A stretch of DNA of 52,990 nucleotides, taken from the IMG/VR virus record IMGVR_UViG_3300045988_126024; one strand, given 5' to 3'. This DNA is from a virus. Of the stretch, positions 15,434-22,609 are shown in pieces. Both the position numbers and the translations under genes were made by a program. The notes beneath the pieces were generated by a model, which worked only from the letters and a program-made list of their open reading frames with translations, had not been told where the DNA came from and did not search any database. Numbering within the stretch: position 1 is the stretch's first letter; each line of letters opens with the position of its first letter.

Positions 15434-15754
15434 ATGTGTTCGATAGGTGAAAAACTAAAAACATTAAGAAAGGGGCGAAAATTAACGCAGCAAGAGTTAT
15501 CCGAAAAATTAGGGCTAAGCCGTGCGACAATTTCAAATTATGAAGTCGGCAGAAGAAGTCCGCATTTAACAGACTTGCGCAAACTTGCTGAATTTTACGG
15601 CGTTGGTCTTGATTATTTCGGCGTGAATACAACAGATGAAAGTTTTGAGTTGTTGAGCCGTGCAAAAAGTGTTTTTCTGAATGACAATATCCCAAAAGAA
15701 GAAAAAGAAAGACTTTACAAAAGCATTATGAAAATTTATTTGCAAATGGACTAA
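15434..15754 (+). CDS. CI-like XRE-family repressor (HTH only, no S24 peptidase domain)
   Basis: GGGAGGTG SD before ATG 15434. Contains IGEKLKTLRKGRKLTQQELSEKLGLSRATISNYEVGRRSP. 106 aa. Confidence 0.75.
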   Translation: MCSIGEKLKTLRKGRKLTQQELSEKLGLSRATISNYEVGRRSPHLTDLRKLAEFYGVGLDYFGVNTTDESFELLSRAKSVFLNDNIPKEEKERLYKSIMKIYLQMD

Positions 15755-15769
15755 CAGGAGGGGTTTTGC

Positions 15770-17371
15770 TTGAAAGAGAAGAACAAACAGTATATACGGA
15801 AAGCCGTTGCTTATGCACGGTTTTCATCAAACAATCAGCGGGAGGAAAGCATAGACGCTCAATTAAGGGCTATCAGCGATTATTGCGAGCGTGAGCATAT
15901 CCAATTAGTAGATATTTTTTCTGATGAAGCACAATCCGCTAAAAGCGATAACAGGGACGATTTTAAGAATATGACAGACGCAATATTCAAAGGCAATTAT
16001 GATATTGACGCTGTGTTAGTCCATAAGTTTAACCGCTTTGCTCGTAACAAGTACGATAGCGCATTGTATAAGAAGCGTTTAAGGGATATAGGCATAAAGG
16101 TTGTGTCCGTTACTCAACCGATAGACGATAGCCCCGAGGGTCGTATTTTGGAAAGTATGATAGAAGCAATGGACGAATACTATTCAGAAAACCTTGCGCT
16201 TGAAGTTAAAAAGGGATTGAAAGAGAATGCACTAAAGGGGAAACATACAGGCGGAGGAAAGTTGTTAGGGCTATCCGTTGATAGCGAGGGCTATTATTAC
16301 CCTAATGAGCAAGCGCCTATAGTACGACGCATATTTTCCGAATTTGCAAACGGCGTACCAAAAACAAAGATAGTTGAGCGCTTAAACCGTGAGGGGCACA
16401 GAAACCAATACGGCAGAAAGTTCAACACCCGTACCATTTTAGACCTATTGCAGAATGAAAAATATATAGGCAATTTTGTATATCAACATTCCGTCACCGA
16501 AACAATACGGCTTGACGGTATAATCAAAAATCCGATAGTCGATTATGAATTGTGGGAGCAAGTGCAGTCAAAGCGTAAATCCCACCATAAGCCAAAGCAG
16601 CGAAAAAGAAACTATTTTATGACTGGCAAATTGCGTTGCGGTATCTGCGGATTTACTTATTGCGGGTCAGGCTCTAAAAGGACAAGCAAAAAAGGAAATA
16701 GCCTTGCCGCATATTACAAGTGCAGCGGCAAGACCAAACACAAAAACAGTTGCACCAACACATCACTAAATAAAGAATTTTATGAGCAACTTGTAATCAA
16801 CACTATAATTGAAAATGTCCTTACCGACAATGCAATAAATGATATTGCCGTAAAGACTTATAAGCAATTAGAAAAAGAACGAAAAGCACCGCTTATCCCT
16901 ACCAAAAAATTAAAAAGCCAACTTGAAGCAGTAAGGAAAAAACAGGAAAAACTAATGGAGTTATTCCTCGACGGCAGTATTGATAAAGATATTTTAGATA
17001 CAAGGAATAATAGCTTAAAAGACGAAAAACGACACATTGAAAGTCAAATAGATAAAAACGAGTATCTTGAAAATTCCAACTCACTAACCGTTGCAGATGT
17101 CAGCAAATTTATAAAAGTCTTTGTAAATGAATTAAAGGAAATGCCCGATATTGAGTTCTCACAAATTGTATATAACACTTTTGTTGATAAAATAACAATT
17201 TATCCCGATAGACTTGAAATAGCGTTGAAAGTGGACTTTTCAACGCTATATAGGGGTGATAAAGTGAATTTCAGGGGGGCAATCTGCTCATTAGCACCCG
17301 TTATAGTAGACATAACTGTTAAGCGCAAGTCCCACCAACAAAGTGCTAAACAAAGGGGATTGAAAAGATGA
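15770..17371 (+). CDS. int: Large serine recombinase (integrase)
   Basis: TTG start after GGAGGGG. Has the resolvase catalytic domain AVAYARFSSNNQREESIDAQ, a recombinase domain, a Zn-ribbon CGICGFTYCG...YYKCSGK...C and a coiled-coil. 533 aa. Confidence 0.9.
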   Translation: MKEKNKQYIRKAVAYARFSSNNQREESIDAQLRAISDYCEREHIQLVDIFSDEAQSAKSDNRDDFKNMTDAIFKGNYDIDAVLVHKFNRFARNKYDSALYKKRLRDIGIKVVSVTQPIDDSPEGRILESMIEAMDEYYSENLALEVKKGLKENALKGKHTGGGKLLGLSVDSEGYYYPNEQAPIVRRIFSEFANGVPKTKIVERLNREGHRNQYGRKFNTRTILDLLQNEKYIGNFVYQHSVTETIRLDGIIKNPIVDYELWEQVQSKRKSHHKPKQRKRNYFMTGKLRCGICGFTYCGSGSKRTSKKGNSLAAYYKCSGKTKHKNSCTNTSLNKEFYEQLVINTIIENVLTDNAINDIAVKTYKQLEKERKAPLIPTKKLKSQLEAVRKKQEKLMELFLDGSIDKDILDTRNNSLKDEKRHIESQIDKNEYLENSNSLTVADVSKFIKVFVNELKEMPDIEFSQIVYNTFVDKITIYPDRLEIALKVDFSTLYRGDKVNFRGAICSLAPVIVDITVKRKSHQQSAKQRGLKR

Positions 17372-17652
17372 ATTGTGTTTTATATATGCCTAATGATACA
17401 AAAATATCCATTTTTGAGCAACATAATATTTGCAATGAAAAAGCCAAACGGTACGGCTATTCCATTGCGCATAGAATTTTTGATATTCGGTGCGACCGTT
17501 TCCATGAAGCAATAAACAAAGTCATTGCAAGCAGCAACATTGAAGCCCTGATAATTTATGATAAATGGACGGTCTTTGATAATTACGACGATTTTTTGTT
17601 TTACTATGTCTATCTAAAAAAACTCGGCAAAAAACTGATTTTGGCAAAATGA
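17368..17652 (+). CDS. Resolvase-catalytic-domain-like protein lacking the Ser nucleophile, translationally coupled to int
   Basis: ATGA overlap with the int stop. CVLYMPNDTK..EQHNICNEKAKRYGYSI...IEALIIYDKWTVFDN...LKKLGKKLI aligns by eye with the int N-domain (AVAYARFSSNNQ..DAQLRAISDYCEREHIQL...IDAVLVHKFNRFARN...LRDIGIKVV). Confidence 0.5.
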   Translation: MNCVLYMPNDTKISIFEQHNICNEKAKRYGYSIAHRIFDIRCDRFHEAINKVIASSNIEALIIYDKWTVFDNYDDFLFYYVYLKKLGKKLILAK

Positions 17653-17657
17653 AAAAA

Positions 17658-17677
17658 GGCGGGGCGCATTCCCCGTC
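17658..17677. terminator. Bidirectional terminator between the int operon and the convergent HTH gene
   Basis: GGCGGGG-CGCATT-CCCCGTC, flanked by A6 upstream and T7 downstream. Confidence 0.7.
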
Positions 17678-17682
17678 TTTTT

Positions 17683-17907
17683 TTATCTAACCATTTTGTA
17701 CTGCGCTTTCAGTTTCTCGTCTGTGAGCAAGTCGGTAATTTTACAGTCAAGCGCTATTGCAAGGTCACACAACGCCTTTATGTGTGCGCCGTTTATATCT
17801 CTTGTTCCTTGCTCGTAGCATTGAATTGTTCTTTTGCTCACCCCTGACGCAACGGCAAGGTCATTTTGTGAATAACCTTTTTTTACTCGCTTTTCTTGTA
17901 ATGTCAA
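17683..17907 (-). CDS. XRE-family HTH protein (74 aa)
   Basis: TTG start 7 nt after GGAGGA. Contains KKGYSQNDLAVASGVSKRTIQCYEQGTRD. Confidence 0.7.
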   Translation of the reverse strand: MTLQEKRVKKGYSQNDLAVASGVSKRTIQCYEQGTRDINGAHIKALCDLAIALDCKITDLLTDEKLKAQYKMVR

Positions 17908-17956
17908 TTTCTTGTCCTCCGTCTGTCTTGTGCTTCCAATATGATTATGCCATAAT

Positions 17957-17999
17957 GCGGGGCTTTTTCGTACTGCATACGCTGTATTATAAGCCCCGC
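17957..17999. repeat. Inverted repeat GCGGGGCTT-N25-AAGCCCCGC (candidate operator / attP / atypical terminator)
   Basis: Perfect 9-bp arms read directly. No flanking T-run. The loop contains TATAAT in minus sense. Confidence 0.5.
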
Positions 18000-18005
18000 T
18001 TCTGT

Positions 18006-18422
18006 TCAGTCAAACAACGGTTTGAAATACCTGTTGAATGTTTCGTCAAGTTCTTTGCCCGTCATGTGTTCTTCATCAATGTATTCAATTAACTTGTCGT
18101 CAACATTGAATAAATTGAGTTTTCCTTTGACTGGGAACGGCTTTATTGTTCTAAAATCTGTTAGCCGCCACCCGTAAATGGGCTTTTCGGGCTGCTCGTC
18201 AATGCCAATTTGCTTTAGTTCTCTTTTGCTCAACGGCTCGACGGCTGCCAAACGGCAAACAATTAGGGCGTGACCGCTGATTGTGCCTTTCTCTTTCGGC
18301 GCTGCGCTGCTGCATATAAGCAAGTCACCTCTATGTTTTGTCTGCCATGTTCTGTATTCCGTTGTCTTGGTGCCGCACAAAATCTGATGTGCAAAATGCG
18401 GCTTAATGGAAATTGCTTTCAT
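18006..18422 (-). CDS. ASCH-domain protein
   Basis: Contains MKAISIKPHFAHQILCGTKTTEYRTWQTKHRGDLLICSS...GHALIVCRL, the ASCH beta-barrel pattern. Confidence 0.65.
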   Translation of the reverse strand: MKAISIKPHFAHQILCGTKTTEYRTWQTKHRGDLLICSSAAPKEKGTISGHALIVCRLAAVEPLSKRELKQIGIDEQPEKPIYGWRLTDFRTIKPFPVKGKLNLFNVDDKLIEYIDEEHMTGKELDETFNRYFKPLFD

Positions 18423-18440
18423 TCAATACCTCTTTCGCTG

Positions 18441-18632
18441 TTAAAATAATTGTGACAATGCCACAAACTCGGCATACTCTGCCGCCTGCTTCATGCGTCT
18501 TTCTGCTCGCTTCAACTGCTTTGCTTTGCGCTGTCTGATAGACTTCTCAATGAAACAGCACGCCGCATATAGCAAGGAAGTTGCTAAAATGCAGCCAAAA
18601 AGCAAAAGACCGCAAAACTGGTATTCTGTCAT
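18441..18632 (-). CDS. Small membrane protein (one TM segment plus a basic tail)
   Basis: Contains CGLLLFGCILATSLLYAACCFI followed by RQRKAKQLKRAERRMK. Confidence 0.45.
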   Translation of the reverse strand: MTEYQFCGLLLFGCILATSLLYAACCFIEKSIRQRKAKQLKRAERRMKQAAEYAEFVALSQLF

Positions 18633-18697
18633 GTATATGCCCCCTTTCTATTCTTTGCGGCTGTCGGGTTTGCGACCGTCTGCCTGACCGCATTACC

Positions 18698-18719
18698 TAC
18701 CACCCTTGCAAGGGCGGTA
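18698..18719. repeat. GC-rich 22-bp near-perfect palindrome TACCACCCTTGCAAGGGCGGTA (candidate attP core or operator)
   Basis: 20 of 22 positions are self-complementary. It lies in a 98-bp GC-rich non-coding gap inside the moron operon. Confidence 0.45.
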
Positions 18720-18730
18720 GTCGCTCTGCG

Positions 18731-18958
18731 TTACCATACTTCTGCCATTACTTCATCTTTAAGAATAGTTGCGGCTCTGCCTATAAGTTGCTTGCTTTCT
18801 TCACCTGTTGTGAACATTTCAATGTTGCTTTTCGCCCACTCTGCTAACTCTCTCGTCGTATAGGTACGCTTGATATATCGCAACCAAGAATAGTCAAATG
18901 GTCTGTTTTCTTCAATTACCATTTCTGCAAGTTCTCTTGCTGTCATTTTTTTACTCAT
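18731..18958 (-). CDS. Hypothetical 75-aa protein
   Basis: ATG 18958 (MSKKMTARELAEMV...) follows ACAGAAAGGTA. The longer ORF-track start would run through the promoter. Confidence 0.5.
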   Translation of the reverse strand: MSKKMTARELAEMVIEENRPFDYSWLRYIKRTYTTRELAEWAKSNIEMFTTGEESKQLIGRAATILKDEVMAEVW

Positions 18959-18972
18959 AATTTTACCTTTCT

Positions 18973-19063
18973 GTAATAGGGGGCTTATTGTTTCTTGCCC
19001 CCTCATTACATATACTATTGTACTACAAATGAAGTACAAATACAATTCGCAAAATGCACAAAG
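18973..19063 (-). promoter_or_regulatory. Type-1 promoter / 5' stem-loop cassette, copy B
   Basis: TTGTAT (19045-19040), 17 nt, TACAAT (19022-19017). Stem-loop GTAAT-GA-GGGGGC-N12-GCCCCC-T-ATTAC (19009-18973). 23-mer at 19041-19063. Confidence 0.6.
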
Positions 19064-19104
19064 TTATGTGCGATTTTTTGTACAATTTTGCCAGTATTGC
19101 ATAA

Positions 19105-20025
19105 TTAGTAAATGTCGGCTAATTCTTGCAACTCCTCTTGCACTCTCTTTAGGGCGTATTTGGCATTTTGCGTCAACTGTCTTTGCCATGCGCTATTTGA
19201 CGGCGACCACCTAAAGCCGTTACCTTTCATAATCTGTCTTGCTTCTGCGTTCGGTTTACCGTCAAAAATCACTTGCAAGCGCATTATTTCGGCATTTTCC
19301 ACCACCTTGTATAAATCTGCCGTTTCGTCGGCTTCGGGCTGTTCTGCCGTGTCTGCCGCTTCTTTTTTCAACCGCTCAATCTGCGCCATTCTCGCCTTTG
19401 TGTTTCTGATTTTTGCATTGTTGTTTTGCAGCGCATACGGTGGGAACGGTACGCCGTACATACTATCTTTGATAGCCGTGTCAAGTTCTGCCGCTTTCTC
19501 GTCGGTATAATCTTTGTAGCCTTTCAGCGTCTTGTGCTTGCGGTAGTAGGCATTTACCGCTTTCATCTCGGCTTGCAGTGCTTCGGCTTTTTCAAGTTTC
19601 CTCTGCAACTGCTCTAAAGCGTCTGCGTCGCCTGATTTGATGATATTTGCCCCCCGCAAAAGCCCCGCTATCTTTTCTGGTATCTGCTGAATTTCTTTGT
19701 ACAACTGATAGTGCCTATCCTGTGCTGCGTTCTGTTTCTCTTTCTTTCTCACTGGGAAGTTGCTGCCGCCGCAAATCATAACGGACGGGCACATCATTTC
19801 AATTCTGAATTGCTTGTTGTACCACTCTGCAAGGCGGCGGGCGTATCTGTCTGCCATTGCCGCCCCTCTCTCTTTCAGTTCTTCGGGTAGGCGGTCAACC
19901 TCTGCATAGCACCTGTCAACCGCTGCCCTGTATTCTGCTGTTTTGCTGCCGTGCTCATATTCGCTAAAAGACCACATTCCACGGGCTTGCCGTGCCACTT
20001 CTTCGTTGATTTCGTAGTATTTCAT
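19105..20025 (-). CDS. DUF3560-like protein
   Basis: The C-terminus VENAEIMRLQVIFDGKPNAEARQIMKGNGFRWSPSNSAWQRQL and the central PYALQNNNAKIRNTKARM match my recollection of DUF3560. Confidence 0.55.
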   Translation of the reverse strand: MKYYEINEEVARQARGMWSFSEYEHGSKTAEYRAAVDRCYAEVDRLPEELKERGAAMADRYARRLAEWYNKQFRIEMMCPSVMICGGSNFPVRKKEKQNAAQDRHYQLYKEIQQIPEKIAGLLRGANIIKSGDADALEQLQRKLEKAEALQAEMKAVNAYYRKHKTLKGYKDYTDEKAAELDTAIKDSMYGVPFPPYALQNNNAKIRNTKARMAQIERLKKEAADTAEQPEADETADLYKVVENAEIMRLQVIFDGKPNAEARQIMKGNGFRWSPSNSAWQRQLTQNAKYALKRVQEELQELADIY

Positions 20026-20040
20026 TTTTATTACCTCTCT

Positions 20041-20277
20041 TTATAAAAAATCTACTGGAACATTTATCGGCTCTATCATTGCTATATAGCTTTCGGCGTG
20101 TTCAATGTCTTTTGCCTGAATAACTGGACTGTATATACCGCCTGTCACATTAAGAACGCTGTACCACCCGTCACGCTCTTTGACTAAGATATAATCAAGC
20201 CCGTTTGCGTGTCTTCGTAACACCTCTCTGCCGTCGCTTCTCGCCTGCTCTACATACTCTTTATATCTGTCAGTCAT
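20041..20277 (-). CDS. Hypothetical protein
   Basis: Complete 78-aa ORF with a GAAAGGTGA SD. Confidence 0.5.
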   Translation of the reverse strand: MTDRYKEYVEQARSDGREVLRRHANGLDYILVKERDGWYSVLNVTGGIYSPVIQAKDIEHAESYIAMIEPINVPVDFL

Positions 20278-20311
20278 ATCTTTATCACCTTTCTTGTAAA
20301 TGTTTCATTTT

Positions 20312-20344
20312 GGCGCAAAGCGTGGGGCATAAAGCCCCTGCGCC
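20312..20344 (-). other. Intercistronic nested stem-loop
   Basis: Minus-sense GGCGCA-GGGGC-TTTAT-GCCCC-ACGCTT-TGCGCC, immediately after the stop of the 20345 gene. No T-run. Confidence 0.4.
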
Positions 20345-20695
20345 TTAGTTGCTCATCATGTCGTAGACTTCTTCTGTCTCGTATCTGATAACATGAACAA
20401 AGTCACAACTTGCCTTTTCTTTTTCGCTGCACTGACATTCTGATTTTAGTTGACCGTCTACAATGTATCTCTTGCCGTCGTACATAGGTGGCATATAGCC
20501 GTCAACTAATGGCTGATTATCAAGTTCAGCCCTATGGCATAAAATGCCTTTTGCTCTCTGCTCGCTTAAATCTTTACTGTAACCTTTAATAAGATTTCTG
20601 ATTTCAAGTGCGGCAAATTGCCACATCTTGCCGTTAAATTCACCGCCGACAAATTCATAGCGGTATTTGTTTGTGTCAAGTGTTTTCATAGTCAT
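20345..20695 (-). CDS. Hypothetical protein
   Basis: Complete 116-aa ORF, the first gene after type-1 cassette D. Confidence 0.5.
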   Translation of the reverse strand: MTMKTLDTNKYRYEFVGGEFNGKMWQFAALEIRNLIKGYSKDLSEQRAKGILCHRAELDNQPLVDGYMPPMYDGKRYIVDGQLKSECQCSEKEKASCDFVHVIRYETEEVYDMMSN

Positions 20696-20708
20696 TACCT
20701 TTCTTTCT

Positions 20709-20797
20709 GTAATATATAGTAGGCTGTGTGCCCCTCGCTTATTACACTATTATAATAACACAAACGCAGTATAATAGCAATTAGCAAGTTGCACAAA
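20709..20797 (-). promoter_or_regulatory. Type-1 promoter / 5' stem-loop cassette, copy D (divergent centre)
   Basis: TATAAT (20754-20749). A 37-nt element GTAATA...TATTAC (20745-20709), then ACAGAAAGAAAGGTA. TTGCACAAA at 20789-20797. Confidence 0.5.
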
Positions 20798-20909
20798 TAT
20801 TTATTGATTTTGCGGCACTTTTTTGTTTATTTATACCGCAAAGGTGGTATAATAATAATGTAGAGATAAGATTTAATAAATATGATATTATAAAAAAGGG
20901 TGATAAAAA

Positions 20910-21158
20910 ATGTTAGAACAAAAGCAAATCCTTGAATATGCTGTTAAAGGTATCAACAAAGATATTGAAGAATTAGACAAGGCGGCAAGAAAAGGCGGGC
21001 AAATGATTGACGCTTATTACAAAGGCGAAACGCTCAAAACAAAACTTCCAATTTATGAAATTGAAAACATTTACAGAGAGAAAAAGGCAGAGATTGAAAA
21101 ACTCGAACAAATGAAAAATGAATTGAAATGGCAACTATCCGAATTAGAAGAACAATAA
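20910..21158 (+). CDS. Hypothetical coiled-coil protein (moron)
   Basis: Complete ORF on the opposite strand with an extended -10 TGgTATAAT upstream and a terminator downstream. Confidence 0.5.
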   Translation: MLEQKQILEYAVKGINKDIEELDKAARKGGQMIDAYYKGETLKTKLPIYEIENIYREKKAEIEKLEQMKNELKWQLSELEEQ

Positions 21159-21165
21159 AAAAAGC

Positions 21166-21189
21166 GGGGCTATCAATTAAGATAGCCCC
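21166..21189. terminator. Bidirectional terminator
   Basis: GGGGCTATC-AATTAA-GATAGCCCC flanked by A7 and a T-rich tract. Confidence 0.75.
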
Positions 21190-21200
21190 TTTGTTGTGGG

Positions 21201-22010
21201 TTAAACTCTCTTTGTGAATGAAAGTTTAATATACCCGATACCCGATTTTAATTTACCCCAGCCGTCCTTTTCTGCAACGATTGTGTAAACTTCATTTCTG
21301 CGTACGGTCGCTTTGACCTTGTAGCCAATTCCTGCACCTGCTCTTACATTAAGGGCAGTAGCATTGATTTTGACTTTATAAGGAAATTTTGACTTCGTTT
21401 CTGTCTTTTTTGCAGTTTCCTTTTTCTGCTCTTTTAAGCCCCTAACACTTGCGATTGCCTTTGCGATTGCTTCACCGCATTTCTTTTGTCCTGCGGCAGT
21501 TTTGACTTTTGCAAGGTCGCTGTCCGTGTCAATAAATACCGTTTCGACAAGAACGGCGCAAGGCTTTGTGCTGCGGATAATCCCAAAGTAGTCATTACCG
21601 CTTGAACCAAGTTTTGTTTTTGCCCCTCTGTTCTTCACACCAAATGCGTTTGCAATGTTCTTTGTGATTGCTTCGGCGTACTTTTTGCCCCTCTCGCTTT
21701 CGTGGTGGTGGTAACATTCCGTGCCAGTTCCGCCGCCTGCGTTAAGGTGGATTTCAGCGATAAAATCGTATGTATCGTCTTTAAGTTTGTTGATACGCTC
21801 CTGCAAGGACAATCCGCCGTCATAATTCATCAGGTCGCAATGCTCGGAATAATGCTCATTGTAATACTGCTGTGCGTATTTACCAATTTCCTTTGCAATT
21901 CTGAATTCGTGATACTTTTTGTCCTTAGATACTGCGCCGCTGTCGTAACTCTTGCCGTCGTCTGCTGTGCCGTGTCCGATTGTAATAATAATCTTTTTAG
22001 CCATTCGCAT
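21201..22010 (-). CDS. Endolysin: N-acetylmuramoyl-L-alanine amidase (Amidase_3) + SH3 domain
   Basis: Contains IITIGHGTADDG...AEIHLNAGGGTGTECYHH...VLVETVFIDTDSD. The C-terminus YKVKINATALNVRAGAG...GWGKLKSGIGYI is SH3-like. Confidence 0.85.
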   Translation of the reverse strand: MRMAKKIIITIGHGTADDGKSYDSGAVSKDKKYHEFRIAKEIGKYAQQYYNEHYSEHCDLMNYDGGLSLQERINKLKDDTYDFIAEIHLNAGGGTGTECYHHHESERGKKYAEAITKNIANAFGVKNRGAKTKLGSSGNDYFGIIRSTKPCAVLVETVFIDTDSDLAKVKTAAGQKKCGEAIAKAIASVRGLKEQKKETAKKTETKSKFPYKVKINATALNVRAGAGIGYKVKATVRRNEVYTIVAEKDGWGKLKSGIGYIKLSFTKRV

Positions 22011-22287
22011 TATCCTCCGTATCGTCAGTTACTTTCGGTGCGTCATAGGTCAAGGCGTTTGTGCTGTCGCTAACGCCCGCAGTCGTCGGGTCAACAACAA
22101 CACCAAGCACGACAAGAATATTGATTAACAGACCGATAGTGTTTACAATCTCGTCCTGTGCTACCTTTGGCACAACGCCAAACAACCCCAAAATCTGATA
22201 AACAAAAGTAACGCAAAGAGCAATTAGCGTTACAAGAGTTGTTTTGTTTTGCAGTCTCAACTTCCAGTTAATTTTCATCTTAAACAC
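21997..22287 (-). CDS. Holin (LL-H/phi-LC3-like)
   Basis: Contains KINWKLRLQNKTTLVTLIALCVTFVYQILGLFG...LLINILVVLGVVVDP, giving two TM segments. Overlaps the endolysin start. Confidence 0.65.
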   Translation of the reverse strand: MFKMKINWKLRLQNKTTLVTLIALCVTFVYQILGLFGVVPKVAQDEIVNTIGLLINILVVLGVVVDPTTAGVSDSTNALTYDAPKVTDDTEDNANG

Positions 22288-22290
22288 TCC

Positions 22291-22596
22291 TTATAATACA
22301 TTCGCAAGGATAGCGCCCAATACAGTACCAATTACAGTTGTAATAATGCAGCCGATAATAAGCCGCTTGTAGTGCTTGTATTCGTCTGTAGGCTCGTGTT
22401 CCAGCCGTTCCAGTCGCTCACCTTGCTTTTGCTGTTCTTTCGCCATATATTCCATATTGACGGCAAGTGTCCTAACAGAAGCCGTTAATTCGGACAATGT
22501 TTTGTCCTTTTCTTCTCGCTCGTCCATACGGTGTTTCAGGCTTTTAATTTCTTGTTCGTGATTTTCTAATCTCACTGCGATTGCTTCGTCTGTCAC
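22291..22596 (-). CDS. xhlA: XhlA-like lysis-associated membrane protein
   Basis: GTG 22596 lies 8 nt after AAGGAGG. Coiled coil (LENHEQEIKSLKHRMDEREEK) plus a C-terminal TM segment (LIIGCIITTVIGTVLGAILANVL). Confidence 0.55.
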   Translation of the reverse strand: MTDEAIAVRLENHEQEIKSLKHRMDEREEKDKTLSELTASVRTLAVNMEYMAKEQQKQGERLERLEHEPTDEYKHYKRLIIGCIITTVIGTVLGAILANVL

Positions 22597-22609
22597 ATTG
22601 CTGCCCTCC

